Assembly: GCA_013265495.1 (NCBI GenBank)
Contig: MU062233.1
Coordinates: 6,046,953-6,110,952 of the forward strand
DNA from: Vicugna vicugna
Lineage: Eukaryota
Direction: 5' to 3'
Length of the DNA stretch: 64,000 nucleotides
The position numbers were made by a program, and so were the translations under genes. A model generated the notes under the pieces. It saw only the letters and a list, made by a program, of their open reading frames with translations, ran no database searches and had not been told where the DNA came from. Shown in pieces: positions 35,870 to 49,115 of the stretch. Each line of letters begins with the position of its first letter. Within the stretch, counting starts at the first letter, position 1.

Positions 35870-38800
35870 AGGGAGGTATCAGGAATGGAGTAAGAAGGGA
35901 GCTAAGTAAAAAATGACTTATTGGTGCCCTTGGCAATTTAAGGTTGGAGTGGACAGCAGAGCTAAACTGTAGCTTGCTACTGCCGAAGGGAAATTACCCA
36001 AGGGTGGTGCAGTTAGAGCTACAAAGGATGCTAATTTCACAGAAGAGAAAGAAAACTTTGCTTTTCCGGAGATACACAATTGACCTGAGCCTCATTTCTG
36101 TAAAAGACTAAGCCTCCTCCCTTACTTGAAGACATTATAGGGGTCTCTGCCTCACAAGACAACCTGGTGCCCCTCGGGATCTAGCCCCATCTCTCTCTAC
36201 TGGCCACCAGAAAGTCAAGTTGTAACCAAACCGGCCAGGAAAGTGCTAGGTCTGCAAGGAGAGGAGAGAGCCCATACCCTAAAGAGTCCCAGTCAACATG
36301 CAACAGGGGGAGTGGAAAATAAATTTGAAGAAGGGCAAGAGCTCATTGCTATGAAAGCACCCTCTTAAGTGAGCACCTAGGCAGATGATGATAACATTCT
36401 GCTAGGATGGCTCTTGGAAACTAGGATAAAGCAATGGCTCACATAAGGTAAAATTAAAAAGCTAGGCCACCATGATACACTATGGAAGAAGAAATCACAG
36501 GCACAAAGAAGTGGGCATGAGGTTGGGCATACAATGGAAGCTGGAACCTACCGGCAGATTATGTTCTGTAGGAAGCCAGCAGGACACTGCATCTGCCAGA
36601 GTGATGAGAAATATGCTGGGGGGAAGCAGTAGCAGAAGCAAGGAGCTCAGTGGTGCCTCGATGGTAGGCTGGGCCACAGCAGATGCTGTCACAGAACTGG
36701 GCTCCCCAAGAGCAGGTGGCAATGAAAGGAAATAATAAACGCAACAGAGGCCAAATGGCAGCACTAAACTGTCAGAAACAAGATGAATGCAGTAATTGTA
36801 TTGAGCAGCAAAACTAGAGCAGCAGCCAGGGGTGGCTGACATGCAGGGAATTATGGAATGGTTAGTAGAACATAGCATCCTTGAGAACAAGAAAGATGGG
36901 CTGTCAACAAGAGTATTTCTCAATCTGAATAGTCAAACCAAGACTGGAGGATCAGGAGGCTAAGGGCAATCACCCAACAAAAAGTTGTGATCCCTTGCCC
37001 AGTTTCCAGGACTAAACCAGTTCTCAGATCTTCCACCTTCTGGTTGAAGGAGAGGCCAAGTCCCCAGAAAGAAGGACCCTGCAATGCCTCAGCAGGTGTG
37101 TAAGGTCATGATTGCCTCAGTCTTCTTCAAAGGGTCCATCGCCATTGACTCAAGTAACCGTAAACTGAGGAAAAGGGACCATACCGACACTTTGGAGACT
37201 GATGGATACAGGGTTATTCATCACCTACGGCTGCATGGAGGCCCCTGGTGTCCAGCTTAAGGAGGAGGGAAAAAGCCAAGCTTTGTTCACAGATACATTA
37301 GCTTGGATGTAAACCAGAAATGGACTTCAGTGTTCACAGTCCCACTCAAGAGTGACTCTGAGAATCTCAAAAGCAGTGAGGGGACATCCTCCCAATGGAC
37401 TTTAGGTGATACTCCTAGTCACTCACTTTGTGAAATGCATAGAGACTTATGGTTAGTGGTCAATAACTTGGCTGGTTGGTTAGTGGCCTGAAAGGAGATT
37501 AAAGGATGTAGGACAAGGAGGTCTGGGAAAGAGGAATACGGAGCTGGACACAAAGTGTGAAGATCTCTGTACCCTGTGTTAATGCCCACCAATAAGAGCA
37601 CTCACCATGGAAGAGGCACTTTACAGTCAAGTCGATAGAATGACTTGGCCAGTTGATGTCAGAAAGCCTCTCCCATTTGCAGATACAACAGGCGTATGAA
37701 TAGAGTACTCATGGTGGCAGAGATGGAGGCTATGCCTGAATCCAGCTTATAAAAAAGCCAGCCTATCTCACTGCTGCTGGTAAATGTCCAGACTACTAGG
37801 AACAGAGATTATTGCCAAGCTCCTGGTCCAGACCATTCTTCAAAGAAACTGACCAGCTACTTTGGGGTGCACCAATTACATTGAACCCCCTTCTCTATGG
37901 AACAGCCAGCAGTCCATCTTGAATGAAATGAACATATCCTCAGGGTACAGGTTTGCCTTTCCTGCCCATAAAGCCTCATCCAGCATCACTCTGTAAGGGC
38001 TTACCTCATGTTTAGGTCACAAACACAGAATCCCACATAGCATCATATGATACCAAGGAACTCACTTAAAACAAAGGAGGAAGAGTAGTGAGCACAGGAT
38101 CATGGGATCCACTGTCTTGTCATATACTGTACCACCCAGAAGCTCCTAACTGTACAGAGTAAAGGAACGGCCTTTTGAAGGTGTTACTGAAGCACCACAT
38201 TAGAGATGATACTTAAGGATGGGATGTCATCCTGAAGGATGCAGTGAACACCCTTAATCAATGAGAATTATAAGATACTGTGTCCTCTCTATATAAAATA
38301 CATGGTTGGGAAGAGAAGAAGGAGTAATCCCACTTACCATCCCATACCATGACCTACCCAGGGAATTTGTTTCTTTCATCACTGAAACTCTAGGCTCTCC
38401 AGATCTAGAGATTCTGGTTCCAAGAACAGAAATACTTCCACCACAGGCACTGCAAGAATCTATTAGCTTTAAGCTACAACCACTACCCAGGTACTTTGGA
38501 TCTCTTGTGCCAACAGTTCAACAGGCAAAGGAAGGCATCATCATCCCTGCAGGAGCAGTTGACCCTGGTCATCAGAAGAAGGTTTGGCTGTTGTCACATA
38601 ATGGGGACAGAGAGGACTACGTTTTGCACTGAGAAAGACCTCTGGGGCATCTCTTGGTAATCCCTTATCCTATTGTAATGGTAAATGGATAAGAGCAGTA
38701 GTCATGCTTGAGAAGATCATGATGACCAGCGGCTCAGATCTCTCAAGGATGAGGATCTGGGTCACCTACCAGGTAAGCCCCCAGCCAGCAGAACTGCTGG

Positions 38801-39030
38801 CCATGGAGAAGGAGAATGTACAAAAGCTTGTCGGGGAAGGATTTGATGAGTGTCAGGTGTCCCTGAGAAAGCTATATCAATGAGAGATTGAGTTTGCACC
38901 ATTAAACTTCCTCTGGTACATCTCCCTTGGAAAAGAGGCTGACCAGAATGTTAAAGGATCTGTTCCCAGATAGGATGAATTTTTTTTATAAGAAACAAGT
39001 ATTTCTTGTCCAGGAGGTACAAGGGGTAAC
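35870..39030 (+). mobile_element. ERVL-class provirus internal remnant (ERV3-16A3_I-like): gag, protease stub, RT deleted, RNase H, integrase, dUTPase
   Basis: gag-like AGAGGCCAAATGGCAGCACTAAAC; protease LMDTG at 37199-37213; IN-like TGATACCAAGGAACTCACTT and CACCCAGAAGCT; ORF 38306-38632 resembles ERVL dUTPase; 5' boundary uncertain. Confidence 0.82.
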
Positions 39031-39454
39031 TTCAGTAGATGCTATGACATGCAACCAAATTCTCCCCTTCAGTTCTGAGGACTCAGTCCCCCAGCTGCCA
39101 GGACTGTTGGCTACTGACAGCTAGCAGTTGAGTCCTTCTCCAGGAATTGCTCCTAGCTAAAGGGAGAGGCCTCACCTAACCACATGCCTGCTCCCCAGAG
39201 GCAACCTCCTGCCAATGAGTAGTCAACATGAAGGCACAAAGCCTCGGCCTCTTGGCCTCAGGTTGGGACAATTCTAAAGGAACCTCCAAATTCCAGACCT
39301 TCCCAGGATCAGCTGAGGCATTACTGTGGTACATCATAGTTTAACCTCTTCTTCTGCCCCATCCTTCCCCGCTCTCTCACAGATGTTGAAGGTGCTCCCT
39401 AATAAAATTCCTACATGCAAACCTCTATTTCCTTAGAGCATAATCTGAAACACA
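39031..39454 (+). mobile_element. LTR16C-like 3' LTR of the ERVL remnant
   Basis: Follows purine-rich AAGGGGTAAC; CCCCTTCAGTTCTGAGGACTCAGTCCCCCAGCTGCCAGGACTGTTGGCTACTGACAG ... CCCTAATAAAATTCCTACATGCAAA. Confidence 0.8.
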
Positions 39455-39459
39455 ATATA

Positions 39460-39760
39460 CATTAAAATCCAAGAAAAATTTGTACACTTTGACCAAGTAG
39501 TCTTACCTCTAAGACCATCTAAGGAAATAACGAGAGATGAAATCAGAGTTTTGAGATTGTTGTGACACTATAATTTTTAAAACTATAAAGAACATAAATG
39601 TTAAATAGGAGGGTAATAAATGAAATAATGATACAGAACTCTTTGCAAATCACAACTTATATTTCTGAAAAATATATAGTGACATAGGAAAGTGTTCACA
39701 AGTATAATTTAAGTGAAAACAGCAGGATAGAAAACCCTAAAACCAGAAATGCCCCACAAA
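39460..39760 (+). mobile_element. Old L1ME-like fragment
   Basis: CACTTTGACCAAGTAGTC ... CATCTAAGGAAATAA ... GACATAGGAAAGTGTTCACAAGTATAATTTAAGTGAAAAC. Confidence 0.55.
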
Positions 39761-39906
39761 CATATTACTTGAAGAACTGTCAAGTGTAAGAGAAATTAGA
39801 TGATAAATATATGGGGAAACACCAAGAAAATAGTCAAATTTTGTTTAATTGAGCAAAATTCTATCTCACAGTCATACTGATTTTTAGATAAAATAAAAGA
39901 TAGTGA

Positions 39907-40285
39907 TATACCATGGAATATTACTCAGCCATAAAAAAGAATAAAATAAAGTCATCTGCAACCACATGGATGAACCTAGAGATTATCATACTAAGTGAAG
40001 CCAGAAAGAGAAGAAAAACACCATATGATACCACTCATAGTTGGAATCTTGAAAAATGATACAAATGAACTTATAAAACAGAAACAGACTCACAGACATG
40101 GAAAACAAACTTATGATTACCAGGGGGGAAAGGGGAGGGTGGAGAGATAAATTGGGAGTTTGAGATTTGCAGATACTAACTGCTATATATAAAACAGATA
40201 AAAAGGTCCTACTGTAGAGCACAAGGAACTATATTCAATATCATGTAGTAACCTATAATGAAAAAGAATTTGAAAGGAATATATG
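39907..40285 (+). mobile_element. Camelid L1 fragment truncated at both ends, tailless, with 10-bp TSD
   Basis: L1 3' region stops at GGAATATATG; AAGATAGTGA at 39897-39906 and 40286-40295. Confidence 0.88.
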
Positions 40286-42181
40286 AAGATAGTGAGTTTC
40301 CCAGACTAGGATATTTCAAGCATAGTGTAAATGACCATTTGGCAAGCTTCATGTGGGACAGAATTTGGTATGAATTTTAGTTTTTAAGCTACCGTGCGGC
40401 CCTCTGGAATTCCATTCCACAGTGGGTAAGTGTCTCGGAGATGTGTGGTTTTGCTCTGCTCTCCTTTGCTCTCCCTTGGTTTGCTTTGCCTTAGTTAGTT
40501 TTTCCTAGTTAACAACTTAACTCTTGAAGACTTCTGATTTCTTTGGCTTACTATGACAATTCAGTGAGAAGGAATTTGCTTAATCATTCCCACTTCAAAC
40601 CCAACAATCCTCAGACCTTTATCACAAGCAGGAGAGGAAAAGAATTCAAATAAAAGGAACTCACTGAAGATGACACCACCAAGAATTTCTAGGCAACGGG
40701 AAGGAGTAACCCAGCCCTAATATTGAGGAAGGGGGAGTGCTCTTTAAATGTAATGTTTTACTTTTGGATAAACTAATCATGGTGCTAAGTTACGTTTCAT
40801 GTTTAAATAATCCCCAGGGCATATTCTCTCACCCTCAGCAGAGCCCAACCACACCAAAGCAGTGCAAAGAATCTGACCCCATTCTGCCGCCAGGCTTCTG
40901 ACATTTTCTAGGTCTGAATAAAAATCAAATATTCTCATTTTCCCAGTTTTTTGCCCTCACCCACAAAATAGTTCAAACACCTGGATGGATAATTTGAAGG
41001 TTTTATGGAGTGAAATTTAAGGCTAATACATCATCCCCAACCACTAGTCCACACTCCCGTGACTACAGCCTGTCTGTAGAGAGACGACACTTAAACCCCA
41101 AGGAGAGATGAGCCCTGTCTTTGTCTTCTTTGTGGCCAAACTTCACTGAGGAGTGACAGTCCCCGACCTGCCCTTTCCAACCAAGGATGCCCTAGCCCTG
41201 CAGTGGGTGAGGAGTTCCTCAAAGCAGACGAGGCGAGTGACTTTGTGTTCTCAAGAAGTCACCAAATTTGGCTGCCTCTCCTCCCCTCTTCACCTCATTT
41301 TTCTCTATAATGTGATTAAAATGCAAGACTATACCAAGGGGAATTGGTTGGAGAACTCCAAGAGACATAGAGACCCTAAGGTGACTGCATGGTAAAATAA
41401 GAAAACTAACAGTGAAAGAGAAGGGTGGTATAATAGATTTAGTTCTTCTCCATTCTGTCTGTGGGACTAGGGAAGTCCCTTTGCTGTAGAACCACTAGTG
41501 GCAGAAAAGCCCACGTGGAGCTAGAACACTTGTGTTTACTCAACAAATAGTTTTAAAGCACTTGCTGTGTGTCAGGCACTAGTCTGGATGCTGTAGATAT
41601 AGGGACCTAGACCTTATCCACATGCACATTCCATTCCAGCCGCTCAGAGATTTATTAGATTATCCCACAACACCTGGTAGACCGAACAACACTGTCAGAC
41701 ACGGCAGGGCTGAGGGCTCGTCCATCGCTTAGATGTTCCCAGAAGTGTTGAGAAAGGGAAGCACCAGCCAGGAACATCCTGAGAGAAGGATTACCTGGAA
41801 CAACTTAAGAAAATCTGCAGAGCTACATCTGCTTCCCTCTTCTCCTCTGTCAAGCAGGAAGGCAAGATGGAACTGGAGAGAGCAGAGAGTAAGGACTCCA
41901 AAGAAGGGCTGACATCTCAGTTTGAACAACAGCCCTGGGTGCTACTGCAGCCCCGGGCAAAAATGCAAAGTGAGCAAAGTTGATTTTGCAACCGTCCCAA
42001 CTTTTGCCTCATTATTAATCTCCCAGACACTACATGCACTTAAGCTGTTTGAAATTTGCCTCAATTCCTCCAATAAGCCTAGACATGCCATTAGACTACT
42101 GTCTGATTAAAAATGCAAATGAGGGTTAACCTCACCAGGGATGCTGCCACAGCCCCTAGCCAATCCTCCACCGAGACAGCA

Positions 42182-42370
42182 GCAGTGGTGTAATGGAAAA
42201 AGCACAGGTTTGGGGCCAGGGAGACTTGGTTTCTCCACCCTAGTTCCACCACTTACTATTTTGTGACCGCAGGCAAGTTACTTAACCTCTTTTAAGTCTC
42301 AATGTTCTTGGCCATAAAATGTAGATAGTAATGTCTGTCCAAGTACATTTGGAGAAAGATGAAAATACAA
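42182..42370 (+). mobile_element. MIR SINE
   Basis: GCAGTGGTGTAATGGAAAAAGCACAGG ... GTGACCGCAGGCAAGTTACTTAACCTCT. Confidence 0.8.
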
Positions 42371-43202
42371 ACAAGCTCTACATTTCTTTGACTACCATTC
42401 CTCATCTTGTAAGGGGAACCTATAAAGCTCAGCAAAAAATAAAATAGTATAGGCACTGGCAGAAACCCCGTCCTGAGTAGGGACCCCTGCCTGTAGTTTG
42501 CTGTTGTCGGCTGCCTTGGCTGGGAGGTAGGGAGGGTTCCTGGTGCAAAGTGCATTGACCCAGGGGATCCCATTAACTGGAGCCAGGCCTCTGGGCAAAA
42601 TGTCTGAAGGAAGCCATTAGTATTTTAATATCCCTAAGAAAAAGCATGAAAAACACAGTGCATTCTTAGTGGCTTCAAAAAGCTATGGGTTCTAAATAGT
42701 GTGTCCTGGAAATAATGACAAGAAGAAAGATAGGACTTGGCTTTATTATGGAGGTGACATCTTTGGGATTCACAGCCTCTTTCCTGGCAATAGCACAGGG
42801 CTGGCCTCTACCGCTGCTCCCAACATAAAGGACCTGACCCACATCCAGTCCCGACTCCCCTTCCTCCCTATCAAGCAGCCCCTCCTCAGTTCCATCTCAG
42901 CCAGGCTAGTCCCGGCACCACCAAGGACCTTCTGCTTTCCTGCCTCTGGGCTATTCATCGTGTTCTTCTCTCCACCTAGAAAGCCCTCCTCTCATCATTG
43001 TCCTTCACCTTCCCCACGTGCCCATGTTCCAGCTCAAATGGACCCTCCTCCAGTCAGGGAGAGGTAACAGAAGCTGGAGCCCAGGACCCACGCCCAAGGA
43101 CCAGCCCTGGTCTAGACTCTGCAGACCTGGGACGCACTCCATAATGTGGCTCTCCACCCAGATACCCTTAAAATCAATTCAGGAGCTTTTAAAAACATTT
43201 TT

Positions 43203-43906
43203 AGTTTGGTACAGCCATTACGGAAAATAGTATTGTAAATTCCTCAAAAAGCTAAAAATAGACTCACTATATGATCCAGCAGTCCCACTCCTGGGCATAT
43301 ATCCAGAGGGAACTCTAATTCAAAAAGANNNNNNNNNNNNNNNNNNNNNNNNNNNNNNNNNNNNNNNNNNNNNNNNNNNNNNNNNNNNNNNNNNNNNNNN
43401 NNNNNNNNNNNNNNNNNNNNNNNNNNNNNNNNNNNNNNNNNNNNNNNNNNNNNNNNNNNNNNNNNNNNNNNNNNAATCCCATTTGTAACAAACATGGTTG
43501 GACCTGGAGATCATCATTCTAAGTGAAGTAAGCCAGAAAGAGAAATAAAAATACCATATGATATCACTTATATGTGGAATCTAAAAAAAAAAAAAGACAC
43601 AAATGAACTTATTTATAAAACAGAAACAGACTCATAGACATAGAAAACAAACTTATGGTTACCAGGGTAGAAAGAAAGTGGGAAGGGATAAATTGGGAGT
43701 TTGAGATTTGCAGATACTAACCACTATATATAAAATAAACAACAAGTTTCTACTGTATAGTACAGGAAACTATATTTAATATCTCATAGTAACCTACAGT
43801 GAAAAAGAATATATGTATGTACATGTATGACTGAAACATTATGCTGTATACCAGAAATTGACAAAACATTATAAACTGACTATACTTTAATTAAAAGGAA
43901 AATAAA
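43203..43906 (+). mobile_element. 5'-truncated camelid L1 spanning an N gap
   Basis: TATGATCCAGCAGTCCCACTCCTGGGCATATATCCAGAGGG ... CTGACTATACTTTAATT; the copy at 32218 carries matching sequence of similar length across the gap. Confidence 0.92.
43329..43474. other. Assembly gap (146 N) inside L1
   Basis: Run of N. Confidence 0.99.
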
Positions 43907-45288
43907 GATGCCCAGAGCCCACCCCAAACCTACCAAATGGGAATACTTCCACAGGGAGGGGAGAGCTGGGCATCTGTATTTTTAAAAGGCTCCACCCAGG
44001 GTTCTAACCTGAGCTAAAAACCTCTGCTCTCAGATAAGGACTTTTCTAAATAAAAGAAATTGGATACCATGGTATTACTTCAAAGACTCTACAAATAGAG
44101 CCGATGGAAAATAATACAAAGAGCAATGGTTGGAAAACCTGAACATTTACAAATCAAAGGGGCCAGGTAATAAGTAGTTTGGGATGTTCAAAGACTGGGG
44201 TAAGAAACCAGTGAAAGGCTTCATTATTTTTCAGAATTTATTGGCAAGCAGAGGGGTGGAAATGTCTGGACAGTTGTCCTGGAATTAACCAGCACCTGCA
44301 GGTCTGTAATTAACACAGTAAGGATAGTGATGGGTAAAAATATGATCTGTAAATGTATCTAAAACAGTGGAATTCTCAAGCAATAACCAAAAAGGCTTGC
44401 TTAAGGACAAAGAATGCAAAACAACATGATATCTTGTTTTTTGTTTTGGAAGGGGTAATAATACGATAGGAGAAAAGAAACACAGCAGATGTTGCATTTT
44501 TGGACTCGAATTGCAGTATTTCATACAGCAACTCATAAAATTTTAATTGCTAACATGGTTCAAATTGGCAGGGAGAGCAAGTCACATGGATTGAATACTA
44601 ATAAAAGATTTTGAAGGGAAGGTGAGGCTCTCTGGCAAGTCTCCAGCAGGAGGTGCTTAGCAGGGTTGCCCCAGTGTCAGTACTTGCTCCCTTAGATTTC
44701 ATTCTGCATTCCAAAAAACAACGTGGGAGAGAGAACAAGAAACCCCTGAAAGAAGACTTGCAAAACGGAGTGTTAACAAACCCAGCGGAGAAAAGCAAAT
44801 TGAGATGGATGAGCCCACAAGGTTTAACCTAGGGACGAAACAACCGAAAGCTGAGATTATTTATAAAAAGGCAAACTAGCTCATTGGAGGGACACAATCC
44901 GAGCCCCTTATGCTGGTGAAACAAAAGAACCCAGACCACAAAAATGTCTCATCTAACAGGGGTAAGAGTGGACAGTGCCCTGGTGAGGAGGTCAGGCTGT
45001 ACCAGAGCCAGCAAGCCTGCCCCACCCGCTCTGCTGCACTCAGCCTGCCCATCAGTGTCAGCCAGAGCATGGACAAAGGCAAAGCTTTCCGTTGTCAGTA
45101 TATGGATGACCAGTATATTGATGGTTTCTTTCTAGAAAAATAAAATGTTATAAGAAATGTCTATTAGCCAAATAATCTGCTTCGAGATCTTTTCCCCAGC
45201 CACTGCCATGCTTTGATCAGCGTGTGCAAATAGCCAAAATCTAAAAAGCCTCCACACTTCTACAGCAGCTAGTCAAGAGCAGAAGGGA

Positions 45289-45452
45289 GGCGGGAAAGGT
45301 GTAGCTCAGTGACAGAGTGTGTGCTTGGCATGCACGAGGTCCTGGATTCAATCCCCAGTACCTCCATTAAAAAAAATTAAAATAAATAAACCTAAGTACC
45401 TCCCCCCGACAAAAAATGAAATAAAGTGAAAAAAAAAAGTTTAAAAAAAAAA
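45289..45452 (+). mobile_element. Camelid tRNA-derived SINE (vic-1/ALPINE-like)
   Basis: GGTGTAGCTCAGTGACAGAGTGTGTGCTTGGCATGCACGAGGTCCTGGATTCAATCCCCAGTACCTCC, AT-rich linker, CCTCCCCCCG, A-tail. Confidence 0.9.
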
Positions 45453-46109
45453 GAGAGAAGGAGCTTCTCGATGGCCCCAAGAACTAAGTGTCTGCTGTGG
45501 GTAAGATTCACATTGGTCTATTTAACTGCAACGGCAGAGTTGTGAAGTAGTCGCTATACTTAGGGCCTGGAGAAGTTAACCAACTTGCGTCAGAGTACAC
45601 ATCTAGTGAGTGCACCATCTGGATTTGAAGTTGTGTCCCTTGGGCTCCACAATCTATGCAATCTATGCCTCTGGGGCATGGTCCCCCACTGTTCTAAGAG
45701 GTCCTCGCCCCTCCGTATTCTTCCTGGCCTCAATTCTACCTGTCTGCCTCTGCCTCCAGAGCCTTGGAAGCATCGCTGGACAGTGCTAGGTCCAGATCCT
45801 TTCACTGTGGACCAGCCAATAAGCCAGCCTCTCCCTGATGTATATAGTTAGATAGATAGTTTCCACCAATCTCAGTGCCCCTCTGGCTCACTGCCAAGGC
45901 AGGGAGGGCAAAATCCCCTTCTCCTGGGAGTCCCTCTACTCCTTGGGAATGCTTCATGCAGAATTCTGTGGTTTCTGGCTTTTAATGAGTCAACCTCTGG
46001 CCCAGAGGGTCAAGGATCAGGCAGAAGGGATTGAAAAGGTGAAATACAGTAGTCAGGCATTAAAAAGTATGTGGATGGACATGCAGAATCCCTTGAGAAA
46101 GGCAAACAG

Positions 46110-46285
46110 AAGAGCCATTAAGAGTGCAGAGGCTGGGGCTGCAGTGTCTGGGTGTGAATCCTGGCTCCAGCACCTCCTATGTGAATTTGAACAACTCTCT
46201 CTGCCTCAGTTTCCTCATCAGTAAAATGAGTTGTAGTGAATATTCAGGGTGAAGCACTTAGAAAATGCTTGACAGATGCTAGAAA
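46110..46285 (+). mobile_element. MIR SINE
   Basis: GTGAATCCTGGCTCCAGCAC ... CTCTCTGCCTCAGTTTCCTCATCAGTAAAATG. Confidence 0.8.
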
Positions 46286-47261
46286 AACAAAAATGGAGCA
46301 GTGTAAAGAGTCTAAGAAGCCTCAAAAGGGACTCTCAACACCCCTAGATGGGGACTTTTCATATACTTACTTCCCTTGTTTACTTCTGCAGGGACTATTC
46401 CTTGTTTCTCCTGTCTTGTGGAGAACAACATACCTCCGAAGTTGCTCCTGTAACTACTGACCCCAAGCAAGATGGAGAACAACAAACAAGCAAAGTACGC
46501 ACTGCAGCTGGGTAGACGCCAGCAATGGGCCCTTCGGGGCCAACAAGAAGGAAGGGGTTGTGGGTGGGGACAAAGGAGAAATACACATGCAATGAGATTC
46601 CAAAAGGTCCAGTCAGTATTTCTGGGAATAACCCAAGGCTTCTTGCTGACTTGAGAAGTCTTTTGTTGTTTTGGACCTTCTGGACAAACTGAGAAGCTGT
46701 TGAGATGTTGAAAAATTAAATTTACACCCAGAGTGCCTGAACCAAAGTGAAAAACAGATGAGCCAGTGCACACAGGCTACTGGTCCCACTTCCCACCACA
46801 GCTCACCATCCGCTGCTGCCACCACCAAATACCAAGTGGGTGTGCTCCAGCCCGGCTTCCATCACAGCGGAGAGAGGGCTGGATGGGGGCCCTGCTTACT
46901 CAGTTGGGTAGGGTCCAGGGGGAAAGGATTCCTAGCACACAGCCTCCAACAGAAGTGGAAGAGGCAAGGAACCCTTCAGTGATGACATACATGGTTGTAC
47001 TACAGCTGCTGGGCCCAAAGCAGCTTTGGATGCCATCCTTGGATTTCTTGATGTTTTCCATTATCTAGAACAGAGGAGGTTCTCAAAACATACCTGCAGA
47101 GTGAAAGAAAATTGAAATCATGCCTGCAAGGCTGTGGCTGGGTCACTGTTACCACTCCCAGACAAGACAGGGGCCAAGCATTTTGCCAAACAAGGCAGAT
47201 AATGATGAGAGGCATCCCATGTGGTGAAAATAGAACCACACTTGGCGTAAAACCTCTAGAG

Positions 47262-47411
47262 CGGATTTCCCAACTCTGGTTGTAAATCTCGATCCTAAAG
47301 CTCCACTCCCCAGGAGCTGACTGGGGTCCGGCCCAAGAATATGCCATTTTAACAAATTCCGAGGTGATTTCAATCCAGGTGGTCTGTGGTTCACACTTTA
47401 AGGAACAACTG
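47262..47411. mobile_element. MER5-family hAT element with CTCTAG-type target duplication
   Basis: Flanked by CTCTAGAG (47254-47261) and CTCTAGGT (47412-47419); internal CATTTTAACAAATTCCGAGGTGATT. Confidence 0.7.
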
Positions 47412-48932
47412 CTCTAGGTCCCTTTTAACTAGTGCCCTACCTTGAGCTTCAGAGATGATCAGAGTACTAGCCACCTTTTCCCTCCTGGGGCGGGGGGGGG
47501 GCTCTTCAGCCTCTCAAAAATGAATGGACACCACAGCCTCTAAGATCTAAATGCAGATAGAATTGTTCTGGGGGGCTCAGCATGTCAAACCTCTCACCGG
47601 CAAACAAGCCCCAGGTCAACCAGAAGCTGGCTGAGTGGTAAGAAAAGAAGAGTAACTATCAGAACCACAGCCTTTGCTCCACTAAAATTCTTGTCACATG
47701 AAGTAAGAGCCTTCTGCGTAAAAGCCTGTGTCCCTTGGAGAGAAAATTCCTGGAAAACGTAGAGGTTTTTACTACTTAATTTTAGAAAGAAGACAGGGTC
47801 AATCTCCCTGGTATAAAACATGGGTAAATTGAGAGCTGAGTATCCTGCAAAACATCATAAAATTTTAATTTGATGTTACTGCTGGCTTAATTCTAATGGT
47901 GAATTTTTAGGAGGAACAAAATATTAAAGGGCACTTCTCTGAGTACTTTGACAGAGAGAGAGTGAGAGAAGGGACTTTACAGTTGGGATGTCCCATCGGA
48001 AAGCCAGCTGACCTTGGGAGGGGTATGTCCTTGAAGGCTCAAGTCTGTGACACACAAAACTCAGAGTTCAGGAACAGCCCCTCCCTGGATCAGGAGTTCT
48101 AGGTCTCAACAGGTGTGCACAAGTGAGAGAAAGCAAACAGGCCTGAGGGGAAGCTGGGGGGCTTAGCTTCCAAACTTTCTCCACTGAAGTAAAGCACAGT
48201 CTGCTCACTGTATCTGGGCAAAGGGACCAGAAAGATACTGCCAGACCCTCAGCTGGAAACTGCTGGAATGTAGTCTGTCTGCATCGGGCTCTCCTCTCTG
48301 CAGCAACCTCATGCCTTCCTCCAAACCAAGACTCTTTTCTACTCTGTTCTGCCAGCATTTGTTGACAGCCTAATAGATACTCTCGCAAGCACAGGTAACA
48401 ATCCCATCTGCCGAGCGTGTGTACACCTGTCCCTCCAGAGCAGCATGCAGTCTCTTACTGGAGATAAGAAGACACCCTTAAAGTCCCCTGTGGAAGTTTA
48501 AAGAATAATAAATGATTAGAAATTCAAATTACAAGATCTGGAAGCACTAGCTACTTACAAATTGGGTGTATCCCCAAAGTTTCTTCTGAAATTCATTGTT
48601 TTCAGGTCCAAATATATTTGTCCCAAAGAACAGGGTTAGGAACCATCACCAAGTATGCAGTCTGAACTAATGAATTCACGATGCAATGAAAACAGGGGAA
48701 ACACTTCCACTCCATTTGTATAATTAACTTACAAATAATTTATACAAGAATATTTAAAAAGTTCTCTTTAATAATGGCAGCCTCAGGAAATAAAGTTCAA
48801 TTAGAATTTGATGAAAAGCAGGAGGTTGTTATCAAAAGTATGAGGAAATCTGGACTCGGGGGACTTTTAGATTCTTACTGCACATTCTTTTTAAAAAATG
48901 ACATTTTTTTTCTATAAAACTAGTGCATGTTT

Positions 48933-49113
48933 ACAAGATTATACTGTATAGCACAGGGAAATATATACAAGATCTTATGGTAGCTCACAGAGAAAAAACA
49001 TGTGACAATGAATATATACATGTTCATGTATAACTGAAAAATTGTGCTCTACACTGGAATTTGACACAATATTGTAAAATGATTATAAATCAATAAAAAA
49101 TGTTAAAAAAAAA
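48933..49113 (+). mobile_element. Young camelid L1 3' end, 5'-truncated
   Basis: Nearly identical to 80-245; ends ATCAATAAAAAATGTTAAAAAAAAA. Confidence 0.92.
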
Positions 49114-49115
49114 TA

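Larger units (their letters stand above)
43140..44026. mobile_element. MER5B-like element split by an L1
   Basis: Left AAATCAATTCAGGAGCTTTTAAAAA; right GATGCCCAGAGCCCACCCC ... GGGCATCTGTATTTTTAAAAGGCTCC. Confidence 0.6.

Noticed and set aside
38306-38632. Host DUT pseudogene or domesticated dUTPase
   Set aside because: Lies in the canonical ERVL position between integrase and the LTR; motifs are degenerate
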